From NCBI GenBank assembly GCA_964106645.2, contig OZ067041.1: a stretch of DNA of 64,000 nucleotides. One strand, written 5' to 3'. Shown piece by piece: positions 1 to 14,092 of the stretch (position 1 is its first letter; every line of letters starts with the position of its first letter). The notes under the pieces were generated by a model. The model did not search any database and was not told where the DNA came from. It worked only from the letters and a program-made list of their open reading frames with translations. The stretch comes from Podarcis pityusensis (lineage: Eukaryota). The translations under genes were made by a program, and so were the position numbers.

Positions 1-126
1 ATTTAGGACCAGCAGATTACAGCTGTTGTGCATAATAGCACTCATTTTATCTATAGCAATGTATGCAAAAAAAGCATTAAACAGGGATACAACCACCCAG
101 TGGAAGTGAAAGCTTGCAGTCTGATT

Positions 127-403
127 CAGAGCCGGCCCTAACATAGACAGAGCAAGACAGTCACCTCATGTGGCAGATGCTGAGGGGTGTGGGGAATGCT
201 ACAAGACAAGAGTGGTTTGCTCCACACAGCCTGCCCTGTGCTTTCTGAGTTAACCTGCCATCCTCAGGTGTGGTGGAAGACACTGTCCCGGTGCCAGGGC
301 TGAGGTGTTTCAGCTGCTGGTATTCCAGTCATTTTCTGTACATGGACGCAGGAGAAAGTACCACCCTTGACCTCAGGCAGCAAAATGCATTGCACTGGCC
401 CTG
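127..403. mobile_element. hAT-type MITE (CAGGGCCGGCCC-type ends)
   Basis: Ends CAGAGCCGGCCC / CACTGGCCCTG. Degenerate 8-bp TSD gtctgatt/atctgaat. Confidence 0.55.
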
Positions 404-1995
404 ATCTGAATCACTGCATGGGCATTGAGATCAATGGGATTTATCATGTCTGATACCAGGCTGTGGGTTTCCTTCAAGCTGTTGTCTTCCTCATTGCACA
501 GGCAACAGAGTGTGATTCATGCATTCCTACATTTTTTTAATGTTAAGAGGCACTTCTTCTGTTAAGAAATAGGAGATGGGTCTAGTTTCTTCGGTCAGAG
601 GTGGGTCATCTGACAAGTTATGGACCTTGACAAGTCCCTAAACATGGCAAACTTTGATGCCATTCCCACATAGCCTCTTAACTGATTATTTATTTTGTAC
701 TCTCCGAAATAGAGATAGGAAGCTTGTGGCCTTGCAAATGGACTCCCACTCTCATCAGCCCCTCAGCCAGCATCAGCAGTAGTTTGGGAAGATGGGAGAT
801 GTAGTCCAACCAGCTCTGGAGAACTATGGGTTCCACACCCCTGCTCAACACAACTTTTGTTGGAAACATTCATAGAACCAAGCCAATTTTCTTCAGCCTT
901 ACAGATTTAGGATATTAATGCACAGACAGTCATTTTCAGTATGTGAAATACTTAGTAGTAATTATGAAGAATGTTGTTTTTGTTATTGTTTTGACTCTGT
1001 CCCTTTGGAAGTAGGCATTCCAGAGTTTTTAGGGTTTATTCAAATAGGAGCAGTTTCTTGCAAAGACATCAGGTAACATGGTGACTCGAGACCAGTGTGG
1101 TGCAGTGGATAGTATGCTGAGGTTGATTTTGATAGGCTTGGTGGGTGCAGGTCTCTGTTCGGCTATTACATTTACTGACTAACTACTCAACCTCCCTCAC
1201 AAGGTCTTCTGAGAGCAGATGATTCACAAAATTAGAAGTGTAAATTGCTCTGCACGTTCAAAGGTGCTGTAGAAATGAAAAGCAATGACTTTGTGGGAAA
1301 GTGCATGTACAAGTAAAGGAAATCAAAGTGAAGTAGAGATGGAAGCCTCATAAGGAAAATCACGGTAATTCTCTAGAGTTAAGCAGGGTTCTCCTTCGAC
1401 CTTTGCTTTCACAGTGGAATTCAAGCTCAGCACAATATGGCTACTTTTTCTGATCCCAACAAACAGCTTGTCCAAAGCTGTCATCTTTTCTACTAAGGCC
1501 CTACATTTTGGTTTTGCTTGCCCTCTTAATTAACTTTTATTGCTTCCATTAATCAATGCATTCCACTGTGAACAGTCAACCCTCCAGGAAGAAGGTGGTG
1601 ATTACATGGCGAGACTGGCTTAGATACAATGTTTAAAAGCAACTTATGGCACAGCTGACATCTAATGACTTGGCTCACTGCGTTAGGATATTATTGAACT
1701 GAATTGGCAAGACAGGAACGCAACTAACATAGACTGCAACTAACAAAGTTGAAAAGATGTTAGTTGCAGTCTATGTTAAAGGCATCACTACCTTGTTAAA
1801 TCTGCCATTTTTAAACCTTCTGATACTACCTGCCATATCAGGACTCTCTATATCAGAAATGGGGAACCTCAGGCATGTGTGCGTGTGTGCATGTAGAAAC
1901 TAGCCTACTTTGTCCTGCCAGGGGCATATTGCCACCACAGTGTTGCCCAGAAGGGAATGTGTCTCAGGTTAAAAATGGTACTTCATTCCTGCTTT

Positions 1996-2040
1996 ACCTC
2001 GGGTTAAGAACTTAATTCGTTCTGGAGGTCCTTTCTTAAC
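1996..2040 (-). mobile_element. Terminal fragment of the Tc1/mariner MITE also seen at 30185 and 61849
   Basis: tacctcgggttaagaacttaattcgttctggaggtcc is the reverse complement of that MITE's right end. Confidence 0.7.
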
Positions 2041-3564
2041 TACTACAACATATATATCTGAGTAGCACAGCAACCTTAAGGAGGGCTAGGAAGACATGAA
2101 GAAGCAGCTCCTCTGCTGTATCTGCAGCCCTGGTGGATCCTGCTGGACAGGGTGGAAGGGGGGGGCAGGGAGTTTTATTATTTTGCTATGGCAGCTCTAT
2201 CCTAGCACAACTGGCCCCTCAGGGGCTCCCTGGGACCCAGCACCCAGGAGTTTTGGCTTGCTACCAGAGGTCTGCAAGGAAGAAACTACTCTTGCCTTTT
2301 ACCCCTGCTCTCCAGTCATCAACACTGAGGTGCTAAGATTGTGACCTAATAGTGTATACTTATCTACCTGCATACTCAGAAGTAAGTTGCATTGATCTCA
2401 ATGCAACTCAATCCTAAATCGATATAGGAGTGCAGCCTGGGTTTTTTTAATGGCCTGGCAGCGTCCACTTGAAAAAGAATGTAAAAATGTTTCAAATTTC
2501 ATTTGCCACAGAAACTCCATACAGAGATGAGGGGGCTATTTTAGAATGGTGTGACTTACTCTGGCATTTGAAAAACACTTGGAATTACTTATTAGAAAAT
2601 AACTGCAGTAGCAGCAAAGCGAGAAGATAAAATGCTTTGATTTTTATGATTTCAAATTGCCTGGCTTCTCCTCCCCCAAGGGGTTTCAGTAGTGGAGGAC
2701 ACATTCTTTATCTGGTATCTAATCCCTAAAGACTGGAGAAGTGAGTCTTTTGTACACAACAATATTTTTCAAGGATGGTTATAAAGAGCATTTGTTCACT
2801 TCTGCCTTCCAGACTGTTTGGGGCATTGCTTGATTTGCATAATTAGGTTATAAAAAATAGATGAGTTAAGGGTAACTTGTGCAGCAAATTGCTCAGCCAA
2901 CCTCTCTCCATTATTATATATATATATGTAAAAGATTTTAAGCAACTGATTAAGGAATTAATTATTATTATTTTCCTTTTTTTTTTTTTTTTAGCACATT
3001 GCTTTTGTTTTGCAGTACAGTTTTTCTTTGTTTTTCTCTCCAAATAACAATAATATGAATGTCAACCTACTGTTCTTTGGTCTGGTTTTATAAAAAGAGT
3101 TGACATTAAACAGGAAGGCTAATCCTTTCATAACATGTTGTCAAGACTGGCCGCTCAGGAAAGCAGATAAGCTCTTAGCCTGGATGACAGTTGTGGAAAG
3201 GGCATTCGAGAAAGAGTTACTTACAGCATCATCTTTAAACACAATTACCTGTGAGCTAAACAACATGAGAGAAAGGACAGCTGCATTGTTGGTGCTTCTG
3301 TTGTCTAGTGTGGGCACTTAACCATTGCCAAATAAAAGGAGAGAGAAAATAATCACCCCGAAAAAGAAGACAGAAATAGTGAGCTGCATGCTTGCTTAGT
3401 CTTCAGATCAGGTGTTCTAGATGATGATGGGCAACTTCAAGGCTGTTGCTCTCCATTCTTACAGTTACTTATATTTAAACTGGACTTGGATCAGACTGCC
3501 CTTCAGATAGAGGAGACCTTCAAAATAGAAGACTGTCCTCTGACAGCCCTCCAAAATAGAACCA

Positions 3565-4115
3565 TGGAATCATAGAATTTTAGCTCAACCACTTGCAATG
3601 CAGGGATCACAACTAAAGAATTTCTGTTTGCAAACCTCCCAAAAAGGAGAGTGCACCACTTTTCAAGGCAATCTGTTCCGCTGTTGAGCAGCTCTTTCTG
3701 TCAGAAAGTTCTTCCTAATGTTTAGTCAGAATCTCTTTTCTTGTAATTTTAATCCATTGGTTTGGGTCTTGCACTTGGGACCAGCAGAAAATACGCTTGC
3801 TGCATCTTCCATGTGACAGCCCTTCAGATACTTCAGATATCATATCACCTCTTTTCCATGCAAAGGATACCCAACACCTGTTCCTCATAAGACTTGGTTT
3901 CCAGACCTTTTATCATCTTGGTCAACTTCCTTGGAAACATTCCATCTTGCCAATATCTTTCTTAAACTGTGGTGCCCACAACTGGACACAGTACTTCAGG
4001 TATGTTCTGACCAAGGCAGAAAAGAGTAGTACTATTACTTCCCTTGATTTGGACACGATACAGCCTAGAATTGCATTAGCTCCCCTCCCTCTGGCTGCAT
4101 TGCATTGTTGACTCA
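3565..4115 (-). mobile_element. CR1 LINE 3' fragment
   Basis: ORF 3922-4167(-) contains ANAILGCI..SKSREVIVLLFSALVRTYLKYCVQLWAPQFKKDI, typical of the CR1 ORF2 C-terminus. CR1 tail repeat (gaatcatagaat) at ~3567. Confidence 0.9.
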
Positions 4116-6479
4116 TATAGGAGACTCTTCCCTGTTGGACACATGACCACCCTACTGGGCTGTTCACGTTCCAGAATGTGGTTGAGAAACCTAATTTTTA
4201 CAACAAAATGTGAGCTCAACCCCCAATGTCCCTGGTGCTATGTCTTCCGTACCAGAAGTGAATTGGACTGTGGAAGAACAGTGAGAAACCTTAGATTTGA
4301 AGGTTATGTTCAGCTCAGCTATGAAGTTGATTTCTGTACTATGAATGATTTCTGTCAGTTCCGTTTTTTAGAAAGCCAGAACCAGAGGGTGGGGTAGGAT
4401 TAGCATCAATTTTGTCACTCACATGGGGGAATGCTTCAGGAGTGACAGAATGCTTTGGCCACAATAATCAGGGTAAACAGTTTTTAATGCTAGAACAGGA
4501 ATTCCGCTGTGCTTTATCACAAAAGGCATTTACATTATTGTTTATTTTTTTCCAATGTTTAAATTGAATCCAGAAATTATATTCTGCGAAAGCAAGTGTG
4601 TGATGAGGGTGTTGAGGCTAAGGTTTGTTTTAAATCAGCACTCTCCACCCCTGTATCTCTTGGTACATTTTTGCTAGCTTCTGATAGCCTCAGATAAATA
4701 CTTTCCTAGCAAATGGTTTTCAGCTTCCTTTCTGGATGTTGCTTCTATGAAATGTATTTACTTAGCTTGGTTTTGCACTTTATTATCTTGTCCGTTTTGA
4801 CATGTTTGGAGTGGGATTTTGATGTAAAACTACAGGTCAAAGTTTGTCAAGTCGCTTTAAAAAAAATGTGACTACCCTGCAACAAATATTGATAAGCTTT
4901 CAAGTTGTGCCAGGAACTCCATGCTTCTTGCAATAAATATTGAAATGTTGGTTGATTTGCATCACATAATATCCTGAGGCTTTCAAGTCAATATTCCACC
5001 TTTTGTGCTAAGCCTCAAACGGACTGTGTTGGAGGAATATTTCCATAAGAACAAAACACAAACAAAACAAAATAGAGCTCAGAATCTAGATATATAAGGA
5101 ATTCTGTAACTGGAGAAAGAAAGGAAAAGCTGAAGATATAGGTGCCTTCTACCTATGCAAATGGGACTTTGCCTAACCTTCCTCTAGTCCTTTACAGTGC
5201 AATTCAGAGATAGTCAGCATGGTAACCTCCAAATGTTTTGGGACTCCAACTCCTATCACCTCCAGCCAACATGGCCGGTGCTCAGGGATGATGGGAGCTG
5301 CAGTCCAGAAACATCCATAGGGCAGCACATTGGCTACCTCTGGTGTAATCCTCTATGTGTTTACTCAGAAGTAAGTCGTGTTGAGTTCAGTGGGGCTTAC
5401 TACCTGGTGAGTGGCTTCAGGACTGAAGTCTCAGACAGTAGATAATTCTATCCAATTTGGCTTTTATTGACACAAGAAAAACTAAAAACTGTATAATATA
5501 AACTATTCTTTTCTCCATTACTATTATCTGTTTACAAAGGGAATCATTGTATCAAAAGAAACAGTCTTTGCTGTTTCAGTTTCTTGTTATCTGAGATACT
5601 TTGCACTAGGTATAACCTGACAGGAATTCAGAGAGCCCCTGTCTTTTAAAGAATGAAACAAATTTGCAGGCTGAGCCCAACATTATGTCGTGCACCAGAA
5701 ATACATTTTTCATATGTGTGTGTAATGCCAAATTTGATGGAAACATCTGTGAATCTCAAAAGCTCTTAGCACTGCATTTGTGCATCTTGGTTGGTCTTGA
5801 TAAAGGAGTTGTTTGTGGTTAATGTTTAAATTTACTCGGTATTTTAAAGCAAAGTCTCTATCCCCGATGCATATATGAAAAGCAATATCCTGGCATAGTT
5901 TTAGGATAGATGCATCCTTTCAGCACAGATTTCTTAAACACTGCGATCAGCAAATGCAAGAGATTATGTGCACATTTGCAGACTCTCCTCTCATTTTTGA
6001 GCAGATAACTAGTGTAACAGTGTCCACTGCTGGCAAATCGGGCAACTGCACTTTATAGAATAAGTCAGTCTATTGTTACAAATAACAATTAAACAGGTGC
6101 ATTCTAAATTAGGTCTGGAGGGTTGTTGCTGTATTTTTTGGGGGGGGGGGGAGACCCACCTAATTTTTCTAGGAACTTTACAATTACTTCTTCTGCTAAT
6201 AATAATACAAGTGGAAGACTGAATTAGTGACCTGCAGCAATGCAATAACTTCAGCTTTGCACAATCTGGTTTAAGATCCCCAGCGGTTTTTGTAGAGCAC
6301 AAAATAATTTAGTATCGGCCAAGATTATTGATGTTCCTTTCAGTGAAGTGTGAAAGGCCCTGCACAGTTACTAGATATTATTTGTCAGAAGCGCAAGGCA
6401 AGTAAAATTTGACATTCAGCTTTTTGATGAGATTTTAATTGTTGGTGCCATTTGAACATCACATCTATCAATACAAAAA

Positions 6480-6962
6480 TGTCTAGTTGGATCAAACCAA
6501 AGGTCAGTGTGATCCAACATTCTGTCTTGCTTCAGCTAGCAGCCTCTGGGAGATGCATCGGTTGGGCATGATGGCAATTCCTGTTGCCGCGCCACCACCG
6601 AAACACATAGTTTTCATTTATGTGTCATACAATGTAGTCCTTTGCATGCCTACTCAGACATGGTCCAATTGTGTATAGGATTGCAGCTGTAGCTAATAAG
6701 CACTGACATACATCAATCATAGGAAAGTCTAATGCTGTTCAAACGCTGGTAGTGAATTCCATAGTAAGCTCATTATGTGTTGTTTCAAGTCCATCCTTGT
6801 CTCCCCTGAGTCTAATTTTGCTGAATGACTTTGAGCTCTTATTCTCTATGAATTTGTCTAATCCCCCTCCAAATTAGTGGTCATCACCACATCTTGTGGG
6901 AGCAAATATCGTAGTTGTGCTATGTTCTGTCCTGAATCTTCCAACATTCTGCTTCATTGGGA
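6480..6962 (-). mobile_element. Degraded CR1 3' end/3'UTR, interrupted by a small MITE
   Basis: Motifs aatttgtctaatccc...catcaccacatcttgtgg...cctgaatcttccaacatt are complementary to the CR1 fragment at 27.6-27.9 kb. Confidence 0.55.
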
Positions 6963-7575
6963 AGAGGAGTTGGAGTTCAGGCTTGGGTTTTCTAGTTAGT
7001 CCAGACATTTCCCACCAACTAAGAACCCCCCACCCCTCTCAAATCAACACTATGTAGTCTAGAGATCACAATCACCTTCTCCAGTTAAGTCATTGTCTGG
7101 TGTAAATCAGAATATCCTGAACATTACTCCCCCTCTGATAACCAAAACAAGGCCTTGGGATTTTTCCATCTTTCTAAACGTTTTCCCATAGAAAAGCTCT
7201 CCCTCTGGCTTTTCTTGCAAAGCCATCAGCTGAGTGGCATCATAGCAGCAGCACAGAGATGTGAGCTTTGGCAGACTGCCCCCATTTTTCCTTCAGTGTC
7301 TTCCATCATTCTAGCATCTAAAAGATTAGTGTAAATTTCAACTCTCTGTGACTTAATATTTTCAGGGATGAATGATGGGAATTCAGTGGAGAAAAGGCAT
7401 TATGAACCATTATAATGACTCTCCCATGGGTGTGTAATAATATAGCACTCTTATCAGAGGGTTCTTGTTTACAAATGGCAGGGACCTTGCATATTTACAA
7501 TCTGGCTCATCCCAAGAACACCACAGAGCCACTGCCAGATAGCAGAGATAATGCCAAAGTGTAAGGCAACTTCTT

Positions 7576-7917
7576 AAAGGTAAAGGGACCCCTGGTCATT
7601 AGGTCCAGTCGTGACCGACTCTGGGGTTGCGGCGCTCATCTCGCTTTATTGGCCGAGGGAGCCGGCGTACAGCTTCTGGGTCATGGGGCTAGCATGACTA
7701 AGCCGCTTCTGGCGAACCAGAGCAGTGCACGGAAACACTGTTTACCTTCCTGCCAGAGCGGTACCTTTTTATCTACTTGCACTTTGATGTTCTTTTGAAC
7801 TGCTACGTTGGCAGGAGCAGGGACCGAGCAATGGGAGCTCACCCCGTCATGGAGATTCGAACCGCCGACCTTCTGATCAGCAAGTCCTAGGCTCTGTGGT
7901 TTAACATACAGCGCCCC
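7576..7917 (-). mobile_element. Sauria SINE
   Basis: The (ACCTTT)n tail is read as aaaggtaaagg. tRNA-like head with box B (gattcgaacc on +). Highly similar to the copies at 11096 and 14093. Confidence 0.92.
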
Positions 7918-8931
7918 TTACGTTCCTATAATGGTTCGTGCCTGCAAATGTATTGTGGGCAGGACCCAGGCAACTTCAACAACATTTAAGTTTAGACCCA
8001 TCGATTTCAGTGGAAGAGATTTAAGTCAATAATTAAATAGGCTTTAAGTTTATTTAATTAAGTAGGCTTTAAGTTTATTAGCACTGGTTGCATCATTTTC
8101 AGACCACAGCAAGTGGTGTCTCACCATTACTTGTTACCCATTGCACATCTCTGCATAAGCTTTACATCCTTGAGTGACAGCCAAATTTTAGCTCAGGAAT
8201 GGAAATCCGAAACCATTTCAGCTTCTTGGTGCATATTTACTTTTGTGGGGGTGGAGGGAGGTGGCATGCGCTCAGGAAAACTAATTTAAAGTCAATTTCA
8301 AATACTGCCTTTCTGTTTCCTTAGAAGTGTATTTTGTCTGCATATTATAGATGCTTATTTCTATCCTGCTCTAGGTAGGAAACAGAGTGTTTCCCTTTGC
8401 AGTGGGGAGGGGGGATGAAAGTGACTAGCTAACACTTTTCCGGACAGTTAATTAAATGTATATGCTTCTTTGCTGTTGAAAAGACACACTTTCAGTTCTG
8501 TGTGTGACCTGGATTAATGGTACAGCTTGAGTGATTTGAGTGCTGTAGTGTGATGTACAGCAATGTATTAAAGCACAACACTTTGAATGCAAGCATATAT
8601 AGTTCTACTTCTGCAGAGTCCTTTTAAAAATAAATAAATTCTGCTGCAAGGAATAACTTTCACAGTGAATAACAATTCAGTGGGGAAAAACCCATATCCA
8701 TTTAGTGCAGCAGGCATAAGATGGGGACAATGCCCAGAAATGTAGCTGGAAGTGCAGCATGAAGTTGTAGAAAAGAGACCTCTATGGGCAGCCCCATAAC
8801 GATTTCTTTAACCAGACACTACTGATAAATCTCTCTTTCTCTCTCTCTCTCTATATATATTAAAGTATACTTTAGCAATATATAATTTCTTTGAACACAG
8901 ACTAAAAATACTGTTTAGCTCATTATGCAGG

Positions 8932-9169
8932 TGTTGCTGTTGTTGTTGTTCAGTCATTTAGTCACGTCCGACTCTTCGTGACCCCCATGGACCAGAGCAT
9001 GCCAGGCACTCCTGTCTTCCACTGCCTCCCGCAGTTTGGTCAAACTCCTGCTGGTAGCTTCAAGAACACTGTCCAACCATTTCGTCCTCTGTCATACCCT
9101 TCTCCTTGTGCCCTCAATCTTTCCCAACATCAGGGTCTTTTCTAGGGAGTATTCTCTTCTCATTAGGTG
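8932..9169 (-). mobile_element. Bov-B (RTE) LINE 3' fragment
   Basis: (CAA)n tail and gtccgactcttcgtgacccc terminus. Near-identical to the 35926 copy. Confidence 0.9.
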
Positions 9170-9528
9170 TTACTTCTTCCTCAAATGTTTTGTTTTCTGT
9201 GTTAATTTCAGTGAAGGATTGCTGCAAAGTTAATGCTACAGTATTGGCTGCTAAAGGCCAGTTGTCTGTGTTTACTTTGGTTTGGACCATTATATTTTCC
9301 GAATCTTATGCCTATGTTCATCAGGTGAAGAGCTTTGTTATTGTTCAGGGTTCCTGAAGTATCAAAAACTACTAGTGAAGCATCTGGATGGATCTTTCCA
9401 GCCGATAGGTGATCCTCTCAAACAATTGCTATCCTGTGCCAGAATCTACCATCCCTTGAGAAATTTCCTTTTGTTTTTTCTTCTTTGCTTTCTTGCGACA
9501 GACATGACCATGAGACAGTGATATGATA

Positions 9529-9692
9529 GGAACTGTAGCTCAGTGTGGAGCATGCTTTTCATGCAGAATGTCCCAGGTTTAATCCTGGACATCTCTAGGT
9601 AGGGCTGAAAAGGCTTGTGTTTCGAAACCCTGGTGAGACTTAGTGGTCCAATGGCTAGGTGACTTGGTTTTAAGGTAATCTTCTACGCTCCT
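9529..9692 (+). mobile_element. tRNA-derived SINE (Squam3-like), degraded
   Basis: Head tgtagctcagtg..gagcatgctttt catgcagaatgtcccaggtttaatcc, body gtagggctg..gaaaccctgg, tail taaggtaatcttctacgctcct. Confidence 0.7.
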
Positions 9693-11041
9693 GTCTGTTG
9701 AGGCACCAGCTGGAATGCATCATACAGCCCTTTGATGGCCCAGTCAGCTATGTTTGTGGCCTGTGGATTGCTATGTGACATGGATGTCCAGAAAGTATTA
9801 GCATTATACATAAACATTAAGCCAGACATGTGGATTTCACAACCACATTAAGTTCCAATCTAGGCACCTTACAACTCAAGACATACAACGATAGGTTGCA
9901 ACACACCTTCCAACAGTTTTGGTTAAACTCTCATTCATGTGTGGTTTTTCCTCATTGTGTTTTGGTGGTTTGAGGTGTCAGAGTGGCTATAGAGTGCTGA
10001 GAGCAAATGTGCTGTAGTGGTTAGAGTCTTGAGCGAGGACTGTAGCAACCCAGATTTGGCTCCTGTAACATTATTTACAAGACTTCTATTTGAACAGATG
10101 GAGTTCATTTTAGAAAGTATAATTTCTACCCATTGTCTGTCTGGCTTTGATTATTTTAGTACCACTAACCAACAAATAATGCAGGGGTTTGCAATGTAGT
10201 ATACATCAATCTATTTTTATTCTCATCTACTGTGATTTATGATACATAGTATTTCTCCATGTTCAAAAACCATTTAATTCTAGTGTCCATAAATAAGGAT
10301 TTTGAAATTGTTGCATCATGTTTTACTGCTGTAGCTTCCTTTGTTCATTTGATCTGGTAACACTTGAATAAAGAAAATAATTTATTTCTTATCTCCAGCA
10401 TATTTTGTCCTTTGTCATGGTACAAAAACAAAATACATAATTACACTGTTCAATCTAAGATGGCAACATTTGATAGTTTATCAAAAAGTTTAGCACGAGG
10501 CTTCCCTCAGGTTCATGGCTATGAATACCATCAGCTGAAGTTATTTCAAATGTTTTGAAACCCACAGGCACAAGTCAGGTTTCACTATCATTTTAGCGAC
10601 AGATTTCTCAAAGGGACATGAACAGGAATTATGGATGTGCTGTTTCATGTTTGCTGGCTGGTTCATTCCTATGAATCCCCCCCCCCCAAACACATCTGCC
10701 ACAGTGTCTTTGCATTAATTTGGGATGGAAAATATGTGGCCCTCTAGATATTGTTGGATTCCAAGCTCCCATCTCCCCAGCCAGCATGACCAATAGTCAG
10801 GGGATTATGGAGTCCAACAACTGCTAAAGAACCTCTCACCCCCATGCTCTTAAAATTCTATGGGTAGAATTAATTTAGAATGTTGTTCAATACAGAACTA
10901 CAATTTAGCCCACTTAGGCAAGGTCACACTGTGCATTCTAGGTTAATTAAACTAGGATGACTGCTATCGCCTAGTTCTCTATCAACAATTATCAGAAGAC
11001 ATTAGACTCCTCGCTCAGTACTCATGCACTGATAAACTAGC

Positions 11042-11042
<1 letters not shown>

Positions 11043-11072
<30 letters not shown>
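11043..11072. repeat. (CA)n microsatellite
   Basis: Visible directly in the sequence. Confidence 0.95.
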
Positions 11073-11074
<2 letters not shown>

Positions 11075-11095
11075 TTACCAGTGAAATGAATTGTA

Positions 11096-11455
11096 AAAAG
11101 GTAAAGGTAAAGGGACCCCTGACCATTAGGTCCAGTCGTGACCGACTCTGGGGTTGCGGCGCTCATCTCGCTTTATTGGCCGAGGGAGCCGGCGTACAGC
11201 TTCCGGGTCAAGTGGCCAGCATGACTAAGCCGCTTCTGGCAAACCAGAGCAGCGCACGGAAACGCCGTTTACCTTCCTGCCAGAGCACGGTACCTATTTA
11301 TCTACTTGCACTTTGAGGTGCTTTTGAACTGCTAGGTTTGCAGGAGCAGGGACCGGGGAATGGGAGCTCACTCCGTCATGGGGATTCGAACCGCCGACCT
11401 TCTGATTGGCAAGTCCTAGGCTCTGTGGTTTAACTCACAGTGCCACCCGCATCCC
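11096..11455 (-). mobile_element. Full-length Sauria SINE with 15-bp TSD
   Basis: TSD gtgaaatgaattgta at 11081-11095 and 11459-11473. ACCTTT tail, box A and box B. Confidence 0.95.
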
Positions 11456-11781
11456 TGGGTGAAATGAATTGTAGCAAACTTGAATTTGGACACGGGTGGC
11501 TAAAACTGAGGCAGGTTTGGGGCATACTTCCTTCTTCTGGGAACCTGAGTCAGGATAAGTGGTTGTGCTGCCTGGGTTTAAGAGTTTGGTTGCTTCCGAT
11601 CCTGTTTGTACATTTGTAAATAAACTGGTTACAAATACGTCATAAGGATCTTCCTACAACTTACGCATGCATTCACTGAAAGAGATTACACCTGCTGACC
11701 CTGATGCTGCTTACCAGCTGTGTATTTCAGTGTCAGTGGGAAAGAGCCCTATGTTCATGCAGTTGCCTTTCTTACTAATGT

Positions 11782-12007
11782 CAGTGCATTGTGGTGGTTA
11801 GAGTGTCAGACTAGGACCTGGGAGTCTAGGGTTCAAATCCCCACTGGGCTATGAAGCTCACTTAGGCTTGGGTCAGCCACTGCCTCTCAGCCTCACCTAC
11901 ATCACAGCTTTGTTGTGGGGATTAAATGAGGAGGGGAAGAACCATCCACAGTGCCTTAAGCTCCTTGGAGGAAAAGTTGGGTTTATAAGTGTCATAAATA
12001 AAATAAG
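11782..12007 (+). mobile_element. MIR-like (CORE-type) tRNA SINE
   Basis: Box A gtggttagag, box B ggttcaaatccc, core ctctcagcctcacctac..ttgttgtgggga, and an A-rich tail. An antisense relative lies at 16285-16660. Confidence 0.75.
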
Positions 12008-13426
12008 CTGCAGCCACTGAGATGTGTGTCTGGCAAGTCTGATTCAACTACTCCATCACACATTCACTGAACATGTGTGGACACCCTGCATTACTTCCCA
12101 ACACTGTTTCTCACATCCAAAGAAAACTATTTGTTTATTGGAATATGTATATCCCACTTTTTAGGATAAATGTTCTTGCAAACATACTGGCTTTTAGTTA
12201 ATTGTTTTCTATGGACGTTTGAGCCTGCCCCTGCAGACTGAAGTGGTGCAGGCCAGACACAAGCTTCATAATCTCAGTGACAACTAGGCCAGAGCTGCTG
12301 AAAGAAGGGAGAGAGGCTGGAATTCTGTACTCATTTAGCAGTAAACTCCACTGAGCTCAGAATTACACTGTCCCTCAAAAATCATGATATGAAATTAACA
12401 AGGACAAATTCAATCGTTTGTATATTACAGTTACTGCACAAGAAAATAACAGATCTGTTGGGAAGTTGGTTTAAAGGCTTCAGCAAAACGTATTACAGAT
12501 TGTTTGATAACAAGTCTGGACAGTATTTATCCCATTTACCAAAGCATTACTATTCTTCATTAGAACAAGTTATTAAGGGGGAAAGTCCTGTTTTGCAGTA
12601 ATTCCAGCAATCAAAAGTGCTGTTCTTCCTTCCTTCTTCCTTTTCTTTGTTTTTTCCTTCTTTTTTCTAATACCTTTGCCTTTATTCATTGACTTTAAGA
12701 AGATAATGAGTTGGCAAAATATGCTTACCACAGACTCTGGATTAACACTGTTAACATGTCATCTAAGGAAGTACGGTAATTGCCTTGAGACAGCCTAGCT
12801 ACTGGAAGGATAGAAAAAGGATTAATGTACACAGACATTTTTGAAAAACTAAGTCCTTTCAAGTCACTTACAGATCTCTTCATACACAAATCTTTCCTAG
12901 TAGCAGCCATGTATTTTGATTCTTCCTGTGTGATATTTTTTTAGTCACTAGAGTGTATTGTTGTCAAATCACAATGGTGGAAATGGCTCTATAATGCCAA
13001 TATTAATATATCCAATCATACACAAGATTACAATGTAACAATGCACTTTAGATATTGACCTGGGAATGAACTGGTAGGAGGAGAGTTAAAACGAATCTAA
13101 AAGATCCCCCCCCCCCTTTACTGCTACTTGTTATACTTGTCTTTAATCAGAAACTGGTGAATGTTTTAATAGAGAGTGTGACACTTGTCTTCAATCTAAA
13201 ACCATACCTTGTTAGTTGGTGGCCACATAAGCAAGCAGTATGTTCATGTTCTGAAAATCTTACTGCTATCAAATCCCTTTTTTCTAGTTTGAAGTGCAAA
13301 TATTTTATCACAGATTTAAGACAGCAGATGGCTCTCTTGAGTTTCCCTTGGAGCACCTATTGCTGTAAAGAACTATCCTGCATTTTCAGATTAGAAGTAG
13401 GAAGAATTGAATTTACTTTTGTTTTC

Positions 13427-13428
<2 letters not shown>

Positions 13429-13464
<36 letters not shown>
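13429..13464. repeat. (GT)n microsatellite
   Basis: Visible directly in the sequence. Confidence 0.95.
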
Positions 13465-13468
<4 letters not shown>

Positions 13469-14092
13469 CACACCTTCCACATTATTCCACTATTTATTTG
13501 CATTCTTTTCTATACTATAACCCCCCCCCTTTTCTGTGCACCCGCCATCATAGACTGAGACTGGCAAATGTATGACCTGATTCAGTTTGGGTGAGACTAT
13601 AGAATTTAGAATAAATGAAATGAACATGATGTAGGAAGATGCCTATCAATGTATCACAGTGGCTATTAGAGTACTTCACTGGATAGAATAGGTATCCTCT
13701 TGGACGGTCTTTTATTTACAGCGTTTAGTGCAAATAAAAAACAAATATATATCCATCAAACAAACAAACATAGTGGCTTCTTTTTCAAGCTGTTTTTAAA
13801 ATGCTTGAGGTTTGCACTTGTTTTCTTTCCTATGTAGCAAAAATCCATAATGAGGGAGTACAGCAGTGGTAGACAATTGTATGTGCATTTTGTCTTCGAT
13901 TTTCTAACATTTTAAAGCTGTTTTTAAAACATTTGATCTTGTTGGCAAACAAAGTGCTCATTCAGAAATCATAACCATGTGTTATAAATATATGTAATAT
14001 TTTAGAGGCGAAAGGATTAGTTATCACAGCATCACAGTGCAATCCTATAATGCCTGTTCAGAAGTTTGTCTTGCTGAATTTAAAAGGACTTA

